A stretch of 55,304 nt of DNA from Candidatus Krumholzibacteriia bacterium. GTDB lineage: Bacteria; Krumholzibacteriota; Krumholzibacteriia; LZORAL124-64-63. Of this stretch, positions 10,057-20,284 are shown in pieces. A program made the translations under genes and the position numbers. The notes beneath the pieces were generated by a model that was not told the origin of the DNA, ran no database searches, and saw only the letters and a program-made list of their open reading frames with translations. The stretch spans positions 1 to 55,304 of the forward strand of contig JAWOID010000007.1 of assembly GCA_046484865.1 (NCBI GenBank). The letters run 5' to 3'. Numbering within the stretch: position 1 is the stretch's first letter; every line of letters begins with the position of its first letter.

Positions 10057-12888
10057 GTGACGTTGATCCTCGTGGATGGCTCAGCCCTCGTCTACCGGGC
10101 GCATTACGCGTTCGCCGCCCGTCCGCTCACCTCGCCCACGGGTGAACTGACCTCGGTCTGCTTCGGATTCCTCAACAGCGTGTTGCGACTGGTGGAGACG
10201 CACAATCCCAGCCACCTGGCGGTGGCCTTCGACCGGCCGGGCAAGACGTTCCGGCACGAGATGTACCGGGAGTACAAGGCCCAGCGCAAGCCGATGCCCG
10301 ACGACCTGGCCGAGCAGGTGCCGCGCCTGCGCGAACTGCTCGACGCGTGGGGCGTGCCCGTGCTCGAGACGGACGGCTGGGAAGCCGACGACGTCATCGG
10401 CACGCTGGCGCGCCGGGCTGGCGAGCGCGGCGAGGAGGTCTGGGTCTACAGCGGCGACAAGGATTTCCTGCAGTGCGTGAACGAACGCGTGGGGATCCTC
10501 AAGCCGGGACGGCGCGGCGACGAGGTGACCGTGGTCGATCTCGAGCGGGTCCGCCGGCAGTACGGTCTCGAACCCCCTCAACTCGTGGACGTCTTCGGCC
10601 TGTGGGGCGACACGTCGGACAACATTCCCGGCGTGCCCGGCGTGGGCGAGAAGACGGCGCTGAAGCTCATCCAGGAATTCGGCAGCCTCGAGGAGCTGTA
10701 CGCCGGACTCGAGCGGAGCACGCTCTCGCCGCGGCTCAAGCGGTTGCTCGCCGAGAACCACGACCAGGTGATGCTGTCGCGGCGCCTGTTCCGCATCGAT
10801 TGCGACGTGCCCGTGGAGGTGGACCTCGACGAGTTGCGCACGGTGCTGCCGACCAGCACGGAGGCCACCGCGCTGCTCGGCGAGCTGGGACTGCACCGCA
10901 TCCAGGGACTGATCTCCCGGCTGGCCGAACTGTACCGGGAAGCCGGCGGCGGCCTGGCCGCGGGCGAGATCCAGGTGGTGGCGGCCGAGGTGCCGCCGGC
11001 GCCGCCCGGCATCCCGGCGCCGGCGGGCGACGACGCCCTCGCCGCGCGGGGTTACGTTTTACTGGAGGATGCGGCCGCGCTGAGGCGCTGGCTGGCCGAT
11101 CTGCCGGCCGGCGCACCCCTGGCGGTGGACACCGAGACCGACTCCCTGCGCGTGGACACCGCCCGCCTGGTGGGAGTGAGCCTCGCCGCGACGGGGCTGC
11201 CGGCCGCCTACGTCCCGGTGCTCGTACGCGAGGACGCCGAGTCCATGGCGGCGCCGGAGACGCTGTTCCCCACCGGCCGCGAGATGTCGCGGCTGGCGGA
11301 GCTGGAGCCCGTGCTCGCGCCCGCGCTGGCCGATCCCGGGCGCCTGAAGGTGGGCCACAACCTGAAATTCGACGAGTGGATCCTCGGGCGGCACGGTCTC
11401 TGCCCCGGCGGGCCGCGATTCGACACCATGCTGGCGTCCTACGTCCTGGACCCCGGCCGGCGCGGTCACGGGCTCGACGACCTGGCCCTCGAGCTGCTCG
11501 GCCACCGGATGATCGGCTACGACGACCTCTTCGCCGCGGGCGACCGCCGGCGCGACATCCTGACGGTGCCGCTGCCGCGGCTGGCGCTCTACGCGGCCGA
11601 GGATGCCGACATGACCCTGCGCCTGCACGATCTGCTCGGGCCGCGGCTCGTCGACGCGGGCCTGCAGCGGCTGTTCGCCGAGGTCGAGATGCCGCTGCTG
11701 GCGGTGCTGCTGCGCATGGAGCGTCACGGCATCCGCATCGACCGCGACTTCCTGGCCGAGCTGGGCGGCAGCTTCGCCGCGGAGATGAACCGTCTGGAAC
11801 GTCGGATCTACGCGGCGGCCGGCTGCGAGTTCAACGTGCAGAGCCCGAAGCAGATCCGGGAGATCCTCTTCGACAAGCTCTGCCTGAAACCGCTCAAGAA
11901 GACCGCCACCGGCTGGAGCACCGACGCGTCGGTGCTGGAGCGGCTCACCGACCAGCACGAGCTGCCGGGGCTGATCCTCGAGCATCGCGAACTGGCGAAG
12001 CTCCAGAGCACGTACGTCGAGACGCTGCCCACGCTCGCCGACCGGAACACCGGGCTCATCCACACCAGCTTCAACCAGGCCGTGGCGGCCACCGGCCGGC
12101 TCTCCTCGTCCGACCCGAACCTGCAGAACATTCCCGTCCGCACCGATCTGGGGCGCCAGATCCGCCGCGCCTTCGTGCCGCGCGCGCCCGAAAACGTGTT
12201 TCTCGCGGCGGACTACTCCCAGGTGGAGCTGCGCCTGCTGGCGCACCTCTCCGGCGACCAGGCGCTGCGCACCGCCTTCCGCGAGGACGTCGACGTGCAC
12301 CGGCGCACCGCGGCGCTCATCGCCGGCGTGGACGAGCAGGACGTGACCGCGGAGATGCGTTCACGGGCCAAGGCCATCAACTTCGGCGTGATCTACGGGA
12401 TGGGTGCGCGGGCGCTGGCGCGCCAGATCTCGGTCAACCAGAGCGTGGCCAAGGAATTCATCGAAACGTACTTCGCCACTTACCCGGGGGTGAGCCGCTT
12501 CATCGCCGAGACCCGCGACCGCGCGCGCGCGCAGGGTCACGTGGAGACGCTGCTGGGACGGCGCCGGCTCCTGCCGGAGATCAACTCGGCCAACGATCGG
12601 GTGCGCGCGTTCCAGGAGCGGATCGCGGTCAACACGCCCATCCAGGGGACCGCGGCCGATCTCGTCAAGGTGGCCATGATCCGGCTGGACGGGGAATTGC
12701 AGCGCCGGCACCTGGGTGCGCTGATGTTGCTGCAGGTCCACGACGAACTGGTGCTGGAAGTGCCCCGGGCCGAACTGGACGAGGTCTCGGCGCTCGTGCG
12801 CGAGATCATGGAAGGCGCCCTCGAACTGGCGGTGCCGCTGCGGGTCGATCTGCACACGGGCTCGAACTGGGCCGAGGCGCACGGCTAG
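10057..12888 (+). CDS. polA: DNA polymerase I
   Basis: LVDGSALVYRAHYA, EADDVIGTL, GDTSDNIPGVPGVG, exonuclease DTET/GHNLKFD/YAAEDAD, TGRLSSSDPNLQNIP, ADYSQVELR, LLQVHDEL. Confidence 0.98.
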   Translation: MTLILVDGSALVYRAHYAFAARPLTSPTGELTSVCFGFLNSVLRLVETHNPSHLAVAFDRPGKTFRHEMYREYKAQRKPMPDDLAEQVPRLRELLDAWGVPVLETDGWEADDVIGTLARRAGERGEEVWVYSGDKDFLQCVNERVGILKPGRRGDEVTVVDLERVRRQYGLEPPQLVDVFGLWGDTSDNIPGVPGVGEKTALKLIQEFGSLEELYAGLERSTLSPRLKRLLAENHDQVMLSRRLFRIDCDVPVEVDLDELRTVLPTSTEATALLGELGLHRIQGLISRLAELYREAGGGLAAGEIQVVAAEVPPAPPGIPAPAGDDALAARGYVLLEDAAALRRWLADLPAGAPLAVDTETDSLRVDTARLVGVSLAATGLPAAYVPVLVREDAESMAAPETLFPTGREMSRLAELEPVLAPALADPGRLKVGHNLKFDEWILGRHGLCPGGPRFDTMLASYVLDPGRRGHGLDDLALELLGHRMIGYDDLFAAGDRRRDILTVPLPRLALYAAEDADMTLRLHDLLGPRLVDAGLQRLFAEVEMPLLAVLLRMERHGIRIDRDFLAELGGSFAAEMNRLERRIYAAAGCEFNVQSPKQIREILFDKLCLKPLKKTATGWSTDASVLERLTDQHELPGLILEHRELAKLQSTYVETLPTLADRNTGLIHTSFNQAVAATGRLSSSDPNLQNIPVRTDLGRQIRRAFVPRAPENVFLAADYSQVELRLLAHLSGDQALRTAFREDVDVHRRTAALIAGVDEQDVTAEMRSRAKAINFGVIYGMGARALARQISVNQSVAKEFIETYFATYPGVSRFIAETRDRARAQGHVETLLGRRRLLPEINSANDRVRAFQERIAVNTPIQGTAADLVKVAMIRLDGELQRRHLGALMLLQVHDELVLEVPRAELDEVSALVREIMEGALELAVPLRVDLHTGSNWAEAHG

Positions 12889-12934
12889 GCTCTGGCCGAG
12901 AACCTCGGACCGAGCCCAGTCGCCGGAGGGTGCC

Positions 12935-13573
12935 GTGACCGGAATGCAACACCGCGCGATGCCCCGCTGGGCGGTGACCGGCCTGGCCGCGGCCGGCAAG
13001 TCGCTGGTGTGCCGGCTGCTGGAGCGGCACGGCGCCGAGGTGGTGGATGCCGACCGTCTCGGACACGAGGTGCTGGAGCGGCCGGAGATCCAGGCGGCCA
13101 TCGCCGCGGAACTGGGCTCCCGGTACGTGCGAGGCGGCGCGATCGATCGGCCGGCGCTGGGGCGACGGGTCTTCACGGACCGGACCGCCCTCGAGCGCCT
13201 GAACGCCATCACCCATCCGTCGCTCGCGGCCGCTGCGCGACGCCGGCTCGACGAGGTGGCCGCCGCCGGCCGCGCGCGTGTTGCCGTCCTGGAGGCGGCG
13301 GTATACTTTCTGTTGCCCTCGGTCGGCCGCATGGACCTGGTGATCGCGGTCGCCGCGCCGCGGGAGTTGCGGCGCCGTCGCCTGCGGGACGCGGGTCTGA
13401 GCGAGATCGAAGCCGACAGCCGAGTCGTGGCCCAGGAACCCCTGGAGCGGCTGCTGCACGGGGCGGACGTCGTCCTGCATAACACCGGCAGCCGCGCCGA
13501 CCTGGCCCGAGCCGTGGACGAACTCGTCGTCGCGCGGCTCGGACCGGATCCCATCCCGGAGGATTCGCCGTGA
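12935..13573 (+). CDS. coaE: Dephospho-CoA kinase
   Basis: VTGLAAAGKS, VVDADRLGH, IDRPALG, LNAITHP; usual position after polA. Confidence 0.92.
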   Translation: MTGMQHRAMPRWAVTGLAAAGKSLVCRLLERHGAEVVDADRLGHEVLERPEIQAAIAAELGSRYVRGGAIDRPALGRRVFTDRTALERLNAITHPSLAAAARRRLDEVAAAGRARVAVLEAAVYFLLPSVGRMDLVIAVAAPRELRRRRLRDAGLSEIEADSRVVAQEPLERLLHGADVVLHNTGSRADLARAVDELVVARLGPDPIPEDSP

Positions 13574-14674
13574 GAGAGATCCTGGAGAAGCTCGAGGCGC
13601 TGCGCAAGCGCCTGACGGTCCTGAAGGAGGGACTTTGACTATCCGGCCCTGATGAAGGAACACGCCGAGCTGGAGCAGCAGCAGGCGCGGCCCGACTTCT
13701 GGGAGGACCAGGAGGCTGCCACGCGGGTGGTTCGCCGGGCGCGCACGCTGCGCGAGTGGACCGAGCCGCTGGACCGGGCGCAGACGCAGCTTGACGAGCT
13801 GGACGTGCTGGCGGAGCTTGCCGAGGAGGAGCAGGATGCAGCCGCCGCAGCCGAGGTGGAAGCGGGGGTGAAGGACCTGGCGCGGGTCGTCGAGAAGCTC
13901 GACTTCCAGTTCCTGCTCAGCGGCGAGGCCGACCAGCGGGGCGCCATCCTCGAGATCCACCCCGGCGCGGGCGGCACCGAGAGCCAGGACTGGGCCGAGA
14001 TGCTGCTGCGCATGTACAACCGCTACCTCGAACGGCACCGGATGAAGTTCTCCGTGATCGACATGCTGCCCGGCGAGGAGGCCGGCATCAAGACGGCGGT
14101 GCTGGAGATCGACCATCCGTTCGCTTACGGATACCTCAAGAGCGAGACGGGCGTGCACCGCCTGGTGCGCATCTCGCCCTTCGACGCCCAGAGCCGGCGG
14201 CACACCTCGTTCGCCTCGGTCTTCGTCTATCCGCTGGTGGACGAGGAGGTGGAGATCGAGATCGATCCCGCCGACCTGCGCGTCGACACCTACCGCGCCC
14301 AGGGCGCGGGCGGGCAGCACGTGAACAAGACCGACTCGGCGGTTCGGATCACCCACGAGCCCACCGGCATCGTCGTGCAGTGCCAGAACGAGCGTAGCCA
14401 GCACCGCAACCGCGAGGCCGCCATGACCATGCTGCGGGCGAAGCTCTACATGCGCGAGCTCGAGGCCCGGGAGAAGGAGCGGCAGGCCGTGGAGGACTCC
14501 AAGATGGAGATCGCCTGGGGCAGCCAGATCCGCTCCTACGTGCTCCAGCCCTACACCAAGGTCAAGGACCACCGCACCGAGCACGAGACCGGCAACGCCC
14601 ACGCCGTGCTCGACGGCGAGATCGACGGCTTCATCGACGCCTACCTGCGCATGCGCAGCGAGGTGAAGAGCTGA
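13570..14674 (+). CDS. prfB: Peptide chain release factor 2, with a programmed +1 frameshift at codon 22/23
   Basis: GTG 13570 ORF ends CTT-TGA-C at 13633-13639; the +1 frame continues DYPALMKE...; GAGGTESQDW, SPF and GAGGQ motifs. Confidence 0.97.
13624..13639 (+). promoter_or_regulatory. prfB autoregulatory +1 frameshift site
   Basis: Internal SD AAGGAG(G) just upstream of CTT TGA C. Confidence 0.95.
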
Positions 14675-14721
14675 CGGACGGCCGCTCCACCGAGGATGCC
14701 GACCGTCCGGAGAGGACGAGC

Positions 14722-16434
14722 ATGGCCGCAAGCGACGATCCCAGGCGCGACGACCCTGCGGGTCACAGACGCGACGCATCCGCGCGCGACGAGCCGGCGC
14801 GCGACGAGCCCGCCCGCGGCGACCCGCCCGGGGACGAGGCGGCGCCGCAGTCGCTGCACCGGCTGGTGGAGGCGCGGCGCGAGAAGCTGGCCGCCCTGGT
14901 CGCGCAGGGCGGCGTGGCGTACCCGTACCGTTACGACCCCACCCACACCAGCGCCGAGCTGCGGGCCCGGGAGCAGGACCTGACCGGCCGGCAGGACGTG
15001 GTACGGGTGGCGGGTCGGCTGATGGCCAAGCGCGGCATGGGCAAGACGATGTTCGCGCCGCTGCACGATGCCGGCGGCGCCATCCAGCTGTACTTCAAGA
15101 AGGACGACCTGGGGGCGGAGCGCTTCCAGCAGCTGCAGAAGCTGGTGGACATCGGGGACTGGATCGGTGTCGAGGGGACGCTTTTCCGCACGCGCACCGG
15201 CGAACTCACGGTGCACGCGCGCGACTTCACCTTCCTGGCCAAGGCGCTGCGGCCGCTACCCGAGAAGTACCACGACATGAGCGTGGAGCTGAAGAGCCGC
15301 CGCCGCTACCTCGACCTGGCCATGAATCTCGAGGCGCGCGAACGCTTTCGCCGGCGCTCGGCCCTCCTGAAGGAGGTGCGTGCCTTTCTCGACGACGAGG
15401 GCTTCCTGGAGGTGGAGACCCCCATCCTGCAGCCGCTCTACGGCGGCGCCACCGCGCGACCCTTCACCACCCACCACAACGCCCTCGACACCACGCTGTA
15501 CCTGCGCATCGCCGACGAGCTGTACCTCAAGCGGCTGATCGTCGGAGGCCTCGACCGCGTGTACGAGGTCGGCAAGGACTTCCGGAACGAGGGGATGGAC
15601 CGCACGCACAACCCCGAGTTCACCATGCTCGAGTGCTACGCCGCGTTCTGGGACTACACCGACCTGATGGACCTCACCGAGCGTCTGCTGCGCCGCCTGG
15701 GCGAGCGCTTCGTCGCCGGCGAGCGCCTGCGCTACGGCGAGCACGAGGTGGACCTGGCCGGACCGTTCCGCAGGGTGCGTTTCCTCGATGCGCTCGAGGA
15801 GCGTCTCGGCCGGACGGTACGCGACCTGGACCGCGAACAGCTGGCGGACCTCGCGCGCGACCGCGGCCTGGAGGTGAAACCCGGCCACGGCCGCGACAAG
15901 CTGCTGGACGAGCTGTTCAGCCTGCTGGTCGAGCCCGAGCTCGTGCAGCCCACCTTCGTCATGGATCATCCCAAGGAACTGTCGCCGCTGGCCAAGGAGC
16001 ACCGGGACGATCCGAGGCTGGTGGAGCGGTTCGAGCTGTTCGTCTGCGGCTTCGAGCTGACCAACGCCTTCAGCGAGCTGAACGATCCGCACGAGCAGCG
16101 GGAGCGCTTCCTGGCCCAGAAGGCGCTGCTGGACGCCGGGGACGAGGAGGCGCAGCAGCTCGACGAGGACTTTCTCGAGGCCATGGAGCACGGCATGCCG
16201 CCGACCGGCGGGCTGGGCATCGGTTTCGACCGGCTGGTGATGCTCTTCACGGACAGCCACAGCATTCGCGACGTGCTGCTGTTCCCGCACCTGCGCCCGG
16301 AGGTGAGGGAGGAGCGAGAAGCGGTGGACGACGCGGATGCCGGCGCGCGCAGCACCCCGCCTGCGGACGGACGGGAGCCCGGCGAGGCGACCGCGGACAC
16401 GGACCTCGACGATCGCGGCGCCGCCGGCGCCTGA
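14722..16434 (+). CDS. lysS: Lysyl-tRNA synthetase (class II)
   Basis: RRRYLDL, GGATARPFTTHHNALD, FRNEGMDRTHNPEFTMLE, GMPPTGGLGIGFDRL. Confidence 0.98.
   Translation: MAASDDPRRDDPAGHRRDASARDEPARDEPARGDPPGDEAAPQSLHRLVEARREKLAALVAQGGVAYPYRYDPTHTSAELRAREQDLTGRQDVVRVAGRLMAKRGMGKTMFAPLHDAGGAIQLYFKKDDLGAERFQQLQKLVDIGDWIGVEGTLFRTRTGELTVHARDFTFLAKALRPLPEKYHDMSVELKSRRRYLDLAMNLEARERFRRRSALLKEVRAFLDDEGFLEVETPILQPLYGGATARPFTTHHNALDTTLYLRIADELYLKRLIVGGLDRVYEVGKDFRNEGMDRTHNPEFTMLECYAAFWDYTDLMDLTERLLRRLGERFVAGERLRYGEHEVDLAGPFRRVRFLDALEERLGRTVRDLDREQLADLARDRGLEVKPGHGRDKLLDELFSLLVEPELVQPTFVMDHPKELSPLAKEHRDDPRLVERFELFVCGFELTNAFSELNDPHEQRERFLAQKALLDAGDEEAQQLDEDFLEAMEHGMPPTGGLGIGFDRLVMLFTDSHSIRDVLLFPHLRPEVREEREAVDDADAGARSTPPADGREPGEATADTDLDDRGAAGA
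14782..14841 (+). repeat. In-frame 15-bp tandem repeat x4 (ARDEP-like) in the lysS N-terminal extension
   Basis: gcgcgcgacgagccg gcgcgcgacgagccc gcccgcggcgacccg cccggggacgaggcg. Confidence 0.8.
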
Positions 16435-16462
16435 GTCTCGCCAGCCGCGGCCGGGAGGGCGC

Positions 16463-17707
16463 ATGAATTTCGCCAGCTACATCGCGCGCCGTCACCTGCG
16501 CAGCCGTCGCCACTCGGTCTTCCTGAACGTGGTCAGCGTGATCGCGGTGACCGGCATCGTCATCGGCGTGGCGGTGCTGAACCTCGTGCTCGCGATCATG
16601 AACGGGTTCCGCGCGGAGATCCAGCGCACCTTCGTCGAGAACATGCCGATGGTCTCGGTGGTCACGAGCGCGCCCGAGGGCTTCACGGACTTGCCGCTCA
16701 CGCTCGCCACCATCGCGGCGGAGCCGGAGGTGACCGGAGTCACGCCGCTCATCCGGCAGGAGGTGATCGTGTCGGCCGAACGTCCGCTCGGCGGAGCACG
16801 GCACCGCGCGGCGGTGGTCTGGGGCGTGGACGTGGCCACGGTGAGCGATGTGCTACCGGTGAGCGGATACGTGGAGCCCGCGCCGGCCGGGATCGAACTG
16901 CTGGCGGCGTCGGGCACCCCGCACGTGATCCTCGGCATCGACCTCGCCCATGATCTGTACGCGGGGCTCGGCGACACGGTCCTGGTCACCGCCCCCCGCG
17001 GAGAGCTGATCCTCGACCGCATGGAGGCCGAGACGCGACGGTTCGTCGTGGCCGGGTTCATCGATTCCGGGATGTACGAGTTCGACAGCCGCTTCGTCTA
17101 CATCGACCTCGCGACCGCGCGGGACTTCTTCGGCTATGGCGAGCAGGGCGCCACGCTGGTGGGGGCCAAGCTGGAGCGGATGATGCGTGCCGGCGCGGTG
17201 GCCGATTCGCTGGAGGTCCGGCTGGGACGCTACCATCACGCCACCGACTGGATCAGCCTCAACAGCAACCTGTTCCGGTGGATCAACATCGAGCGCATCG
17301 TGATGTACGTTTTTCTCGGGCTCATCGTGCTCGTGGCGGCGTTCAACATCGTGGGCATCCTGATCATGATGGTCGGGGACCGCCACCGGGAGATCGGAAT
17401 CCTGCTGGCGATGGGCGCCTCCCGCGGACAGATCATGGGCATCTTCGTCCTGAACGGCATGTGGCTCGGCATCGCCGGTACCGCCCTCGGCAGCCTGCTC
17501 GGCTGGCTGGGCATCACCGTCCTGCGAGTCTGGCCCGTCGGGCTGCCCGGCGACGTCTACTTCCTGGATCACGTGCCGGTCCTGGTGCAAGGGCTCGATT
17601 TCGTCCTGGTGGCCGCCGGCAGCCTCGTGCTGACGTTCCTGGCCACGCTGGGGCCCAGCGCCATGGCGTCGCGCATGGAGCCGATGGGGATCATCCGCTA
17701 CACGTGA
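16463..17707 (+). CDS. Lipoprotein-releasing ABC transporter permease (LolC/E/F family)
   Basis: IARRHLR, LAIMNGF, FIDSGMYEFD, EIGILLAMGAS, DVYFLDHVP; adjacent to lolD. Confidence 0.93.
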   Translation: MNFASYIARRHLRSRRHSVFLNVVSVIAVTGIVIGVAVLNLVLAIMNGFRAEIQRTFVENMPMVSVVTSAPEGFTDLPLTLATIAAEPEVTGVTPLIRQEVIVSAERPLGGARHRAAVVWGVDVATVSDVLPVSGYVEPAPAGIELLAASGTPHVILGIDLAHDLYAGLGDTVLVTAPRGELILDRMEAETRRFVVAGFIDSGMYEFDSRFVYIDLATARDFFGYGEQGATLVGAKLERMMRAGAVADSLEVRLGRYHHATDWISLNSNLFRWINIERIVMYVFLGLIVLVAAFNIVGILIMMVGDRHREIGILLAMGASRGQIMGIFVLNGMWLGIAGTALGSLLGWLGITVLRVWPVGLPGDVYFLDHVPVLVQGLDFVLVAAGSLVLTFLATLGPSAMASRMEPMGIIRYT

Positions 17708-17716
17708 GGCATTCTG

Positions 17717-18406
17717 ATGGAGGCCCTGCTCACCGCCCGCGGGTTGCACAAGACGTACCGGAAGCGCGCGCGTCGCGTGACGGTCCTGGAGGACTGCGAT
17801 CTGGACCTGGCCCCGGGACAGGCGGTGGCCGTGATCGGCTCCAGCGGCAGCGGCAAGACCACGCTGCTGAACCTGCTCGGTGCGCTCGACCGGCCGGACG
17901 CCGGGCGACTGCTGCACCGGGGCGAGCCGGTGGATCTGCGGCGCGCGTCGGTGGCCACGCGCTGGCGCCAGCAGGTGGTGGGCTTCATCTTCCAGTTCCA
18001 TTTCCTGTTGCCCGATTTCACCGCCTGGGAGAACCTGCTGATACCGGTGCGGGCGGCCGGAACGGTCGGCGACGAGCATCGGCGCCGCGCCCGTGACCTG
18101 CTGGCGGCCCTCGAGATGTCGGATCGCGCCGACCATCTGCCGGGCGAACTGTCGGGCGGCGAACAGCAGCGCGTCGCGGTGGCGCGGGCATTCATGAACC
18201 GACCGCAGATCGTCCTCGCGGACGAGCCGTTCGGCAATCTCGACCGGGAAAAAGGCGCGCGTCTGGGCGAGTTGCTGTTCGACCTCGGCCGGCGCGAGGG
18301 CGCGGGCCTCGTGGTGGTCACCCACGATCGCGAACTGGCGGCGCGGGCCGATCGAGTGCTGGAACTCCGCGCCGGCCGACTGGCCGCGGCGGACCGTTTG
18401 GAGTGA
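17717..18406 (+). CDS. lolD: Lipoprotein-releasing ABC transporter ATPase
   Basis: GSSGSGKTT, GFIFQFHFLLPDF, LSGGEQQR, LADEPFGNLD. Confidence 0.9.
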   Translation: MEALLTARGLHKTYRKRARRVTVLEDCDLDLAPGQAVAVIGSSGSGKTTLLNLLGALDRPDAGRLLHRGEPVDLRRASVATRWRQQVVGFIFQFHFLLPDFTAWENLLIPVRAAGTVGDEHRRRARDLLAALEMSDRADHLPGELSGGEQQRVAVARAFMNRPQIVLADEPFGNLDREKGARLGELLFDLGRREGAGLVVVTHDRELAARADRVLELRAGRLAAADRLE

Positions 18407-18452
18407 ACGGCGCACGGCGGCGGCCGGCGAGCCTGACGAGGTGAGACGACTC

Positions 18453-19052
18453 ATGAAGTGCGAACGCTGCGGCGACCGTGAAGCGACGGTGCACTATGTG
18501 GATATCGTGGAGGGCAGCAAGACCTCGGTCTGGCTCTGCTCTCCGTGCGCCCGCGCCGAGGGCGTGGCGGCGGACGACGACGAGGAAGACATCACGGCCC
18601 AGGAGGCGCTGGCGACCTTCGTGGGCGGGCTGCTCGCCGAGAAGGCCGCCGGGACCTCGGAACGGGGCGGTCAGGAGCCCTGCCCCGAGTGCGGTTTCGG
18701 ACTCGCGGATCTCGAGGAGAAGGGCGTGGTGGGCTGTCCGACGTGCTACCTGGCGTTCCGGGAGCAGGTGAAGCCGCTGCTGGAGCGCTACCACCGGGGT
18801 AACGCCCACGTGGGCAAGACGCCGCGTGCGGACGGGCCCCGCGCGGCTCTGCGCCGCGAACTGGCGGCGATGCGCGGCTCGCTCGAGCGCGCGGTGGCTG
18901 CCGAGAGCTACGAGGAGGCGGCCCGGCTGCGCGATCACATCCGGCAGCGAGAGCAGGAACTGGCGCGGCTCGCCACGCTGGAGGGCGCCGGCGGGTCGTC
19001 GAGCGAGGAGCGCAGCGGCCCGGATCCCGGCGAGCAGTCGGAGGACGCATGA
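18453..19052 (+). CDS. mcsA: McsA-like activator (four CxxC plus UVR domain)
   Basis: CERC, CSPC, CPEC, GCPTCY, HVGKTP, ESYEEAARLRDHIR; upstream of mcsB-clpC. Confidence 0.92.
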   Translation: MKCERCGDREATVHYVDIVEGSKTSVWLCSPCARAEGVAADDDEEDITAQEALATFVGGLLAEKAAGTSERGGQEPCPECGFGLADLEEKGVVGCPTCYLAFREQVKPLLERYHRGNAHVGKTPRADGPRAALRRELAAMRGSLERAVAAESYEEAARLRDHIRQREQELARLATLEGAGGSSSEERSGPDPGEQSEDA

Positions 19053-20113
19053 GCGATCGACGACTGTTCTTCACCACCTGCACCCAGCGCTGTGCGCCCT
19101 GGCTCGACGGCGCCGGGCCCGATAGCGACATCGTGATCTCCACCCGGCTGCGCCTGGCGCGCAATCTGGTGGGCCACTTCTTCTCGCACCACGCATCGGA
19201 CCAGGAACTGCGCGCGCTGCGCGAGATGGTGAGCGATCGGCTCCTGGATTGCCCCGCCTTCGCCGGAGGTTGCAGTCTCGATCTCGAGACGCTGGAGCCG
19301 ACGGAGCGCAAGTGCCTGCTGGAGATGCACCTGGCTAGCCCGGCGCTGATCCGCGTCCCCGAGGGCCGCGGCCTCGTGGTGGAGCCCGACTGCACGCGCA
19401 GCGTGATGATCAACGAGGAGGATCACTTGCGCCTGCAGGTGTTCCGGGCGGGCTTCCAGCCGCGGGAGACCTGCAGCGGGGCCCTCGATCTGGACCGTGA
19501 GGTGGAGTCCGAGCTGGAATTCGCCTTCAGCGAGGAACTGGGCTATCTCACGGCCTGCCCCACGAATCTGGGGACCGGCCTGCGGATCTCCGTGCTGATC
19601 CACCTGCCGGGCCTGGTGATGGCCGGAGAGATCGAGAAGATCCTGAACTCCTTGCGGCAGCTCCAGTTCGCGGTCCGCGGCCTCTTCGGGGAGGGGAGCG
19701 CGGTGCGCGGCGCCCTCTTCCAGGTCTCGAACCTCGTGACGCTCGGCCGCAGCGAGCAGCAGATCACCGAGGACTTCGCGCGCCACGTGTCCCGCGTGCT
19801 GGAGTACGAGCGCATGGCGCGCGAGCAGCTGATCTCGCGCAACCGGGTCGGCGTGGAGGACATGGTGTTTCGCTCGATCGCCATCCTGGGCCAGGCGCGC
19901 CTGATCACGACCCAGGAGGCGCTGGATCGCCTCTCCCACGTGCGCATGGGCGTGAGCCTCGGTCTGGTGCCGCGGTTCGACATGAAGCTGCTCAACCGGG
20001 CGCTCGTGCAGCAGCGCTCGGCCCACCTCCAGCTGCGAGCGGGGCGAAAACTCGACGGAAGGGAACGCACCGAGCTCCGCGCGCGTTACCTACGCGAGCT
20101 TCTCGCCGAATGA
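19049..20113 (+). CDS. mcsB: Protein arginine kinase McsB
   Basis: ISTRLRLARNL, INEEDHLR, GYLTACPTNLGTGLR, VRGLFGEGS, QVSN..TLG. Confidence 0.95.
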   Translation: MSDRRLFFTTCTQRCAPWLDGAGPDSDIVISTRLRLARNLVGHFFSHHASDQELRALREMVSDRLLDCPAFAGGCSLDLETLEPTERKCLLEMHLASPALIRVPEGRGLVVEPDCTRSVMINEEDHLRLQVFRAGFQPRETCSGALDLDREVESELEFAFSEELGYLTACPTNLGTGLRISVLIHLPGLVMAGEIEKILNSLRQLQFAVRGLFGEGSAVRGALFQVSNLVTLGRSEQQITEDFARHVSRVLEYERMAREQLISRNRVGVEDMVFRSIAILGQARLITTQEALDRLSHVRMGVSLGLVPRFDMKLLNRALVQQRSAHLQLRAGRKLDGRERTELRARYLRELLAE

Positions 20114-20154
20114 TCCGCCCCCCTGCCGCCCTGCCGGAGGGCAGGCGACGGGCT

Positions 20155-20182
20155 CTCAAGTTCTTTCGCGGGTCGCCGAATA
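20155..20182 (+). promoter_or_regulatory. sigma28/FliA-like promoter upstream of clpC
   Basis: CTCAAG-N14-GCCGAATA. Confidence 0.65.
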
Positions 20183-20284
20183 ACGGCCTGGAACCTGGAC
20201 GATCCCGCCGATAGCGCGGTATGGGCGCCCGGCTTATATTCACTGCAGACCCGTGACCGGTACGCGAATGGAGGCGCCACACGC

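Noticed and set aside
20207..20214. Second GCCGATAG box upstream of clpC
   Set aside because: No matching -35 element at the 14-nt spacing
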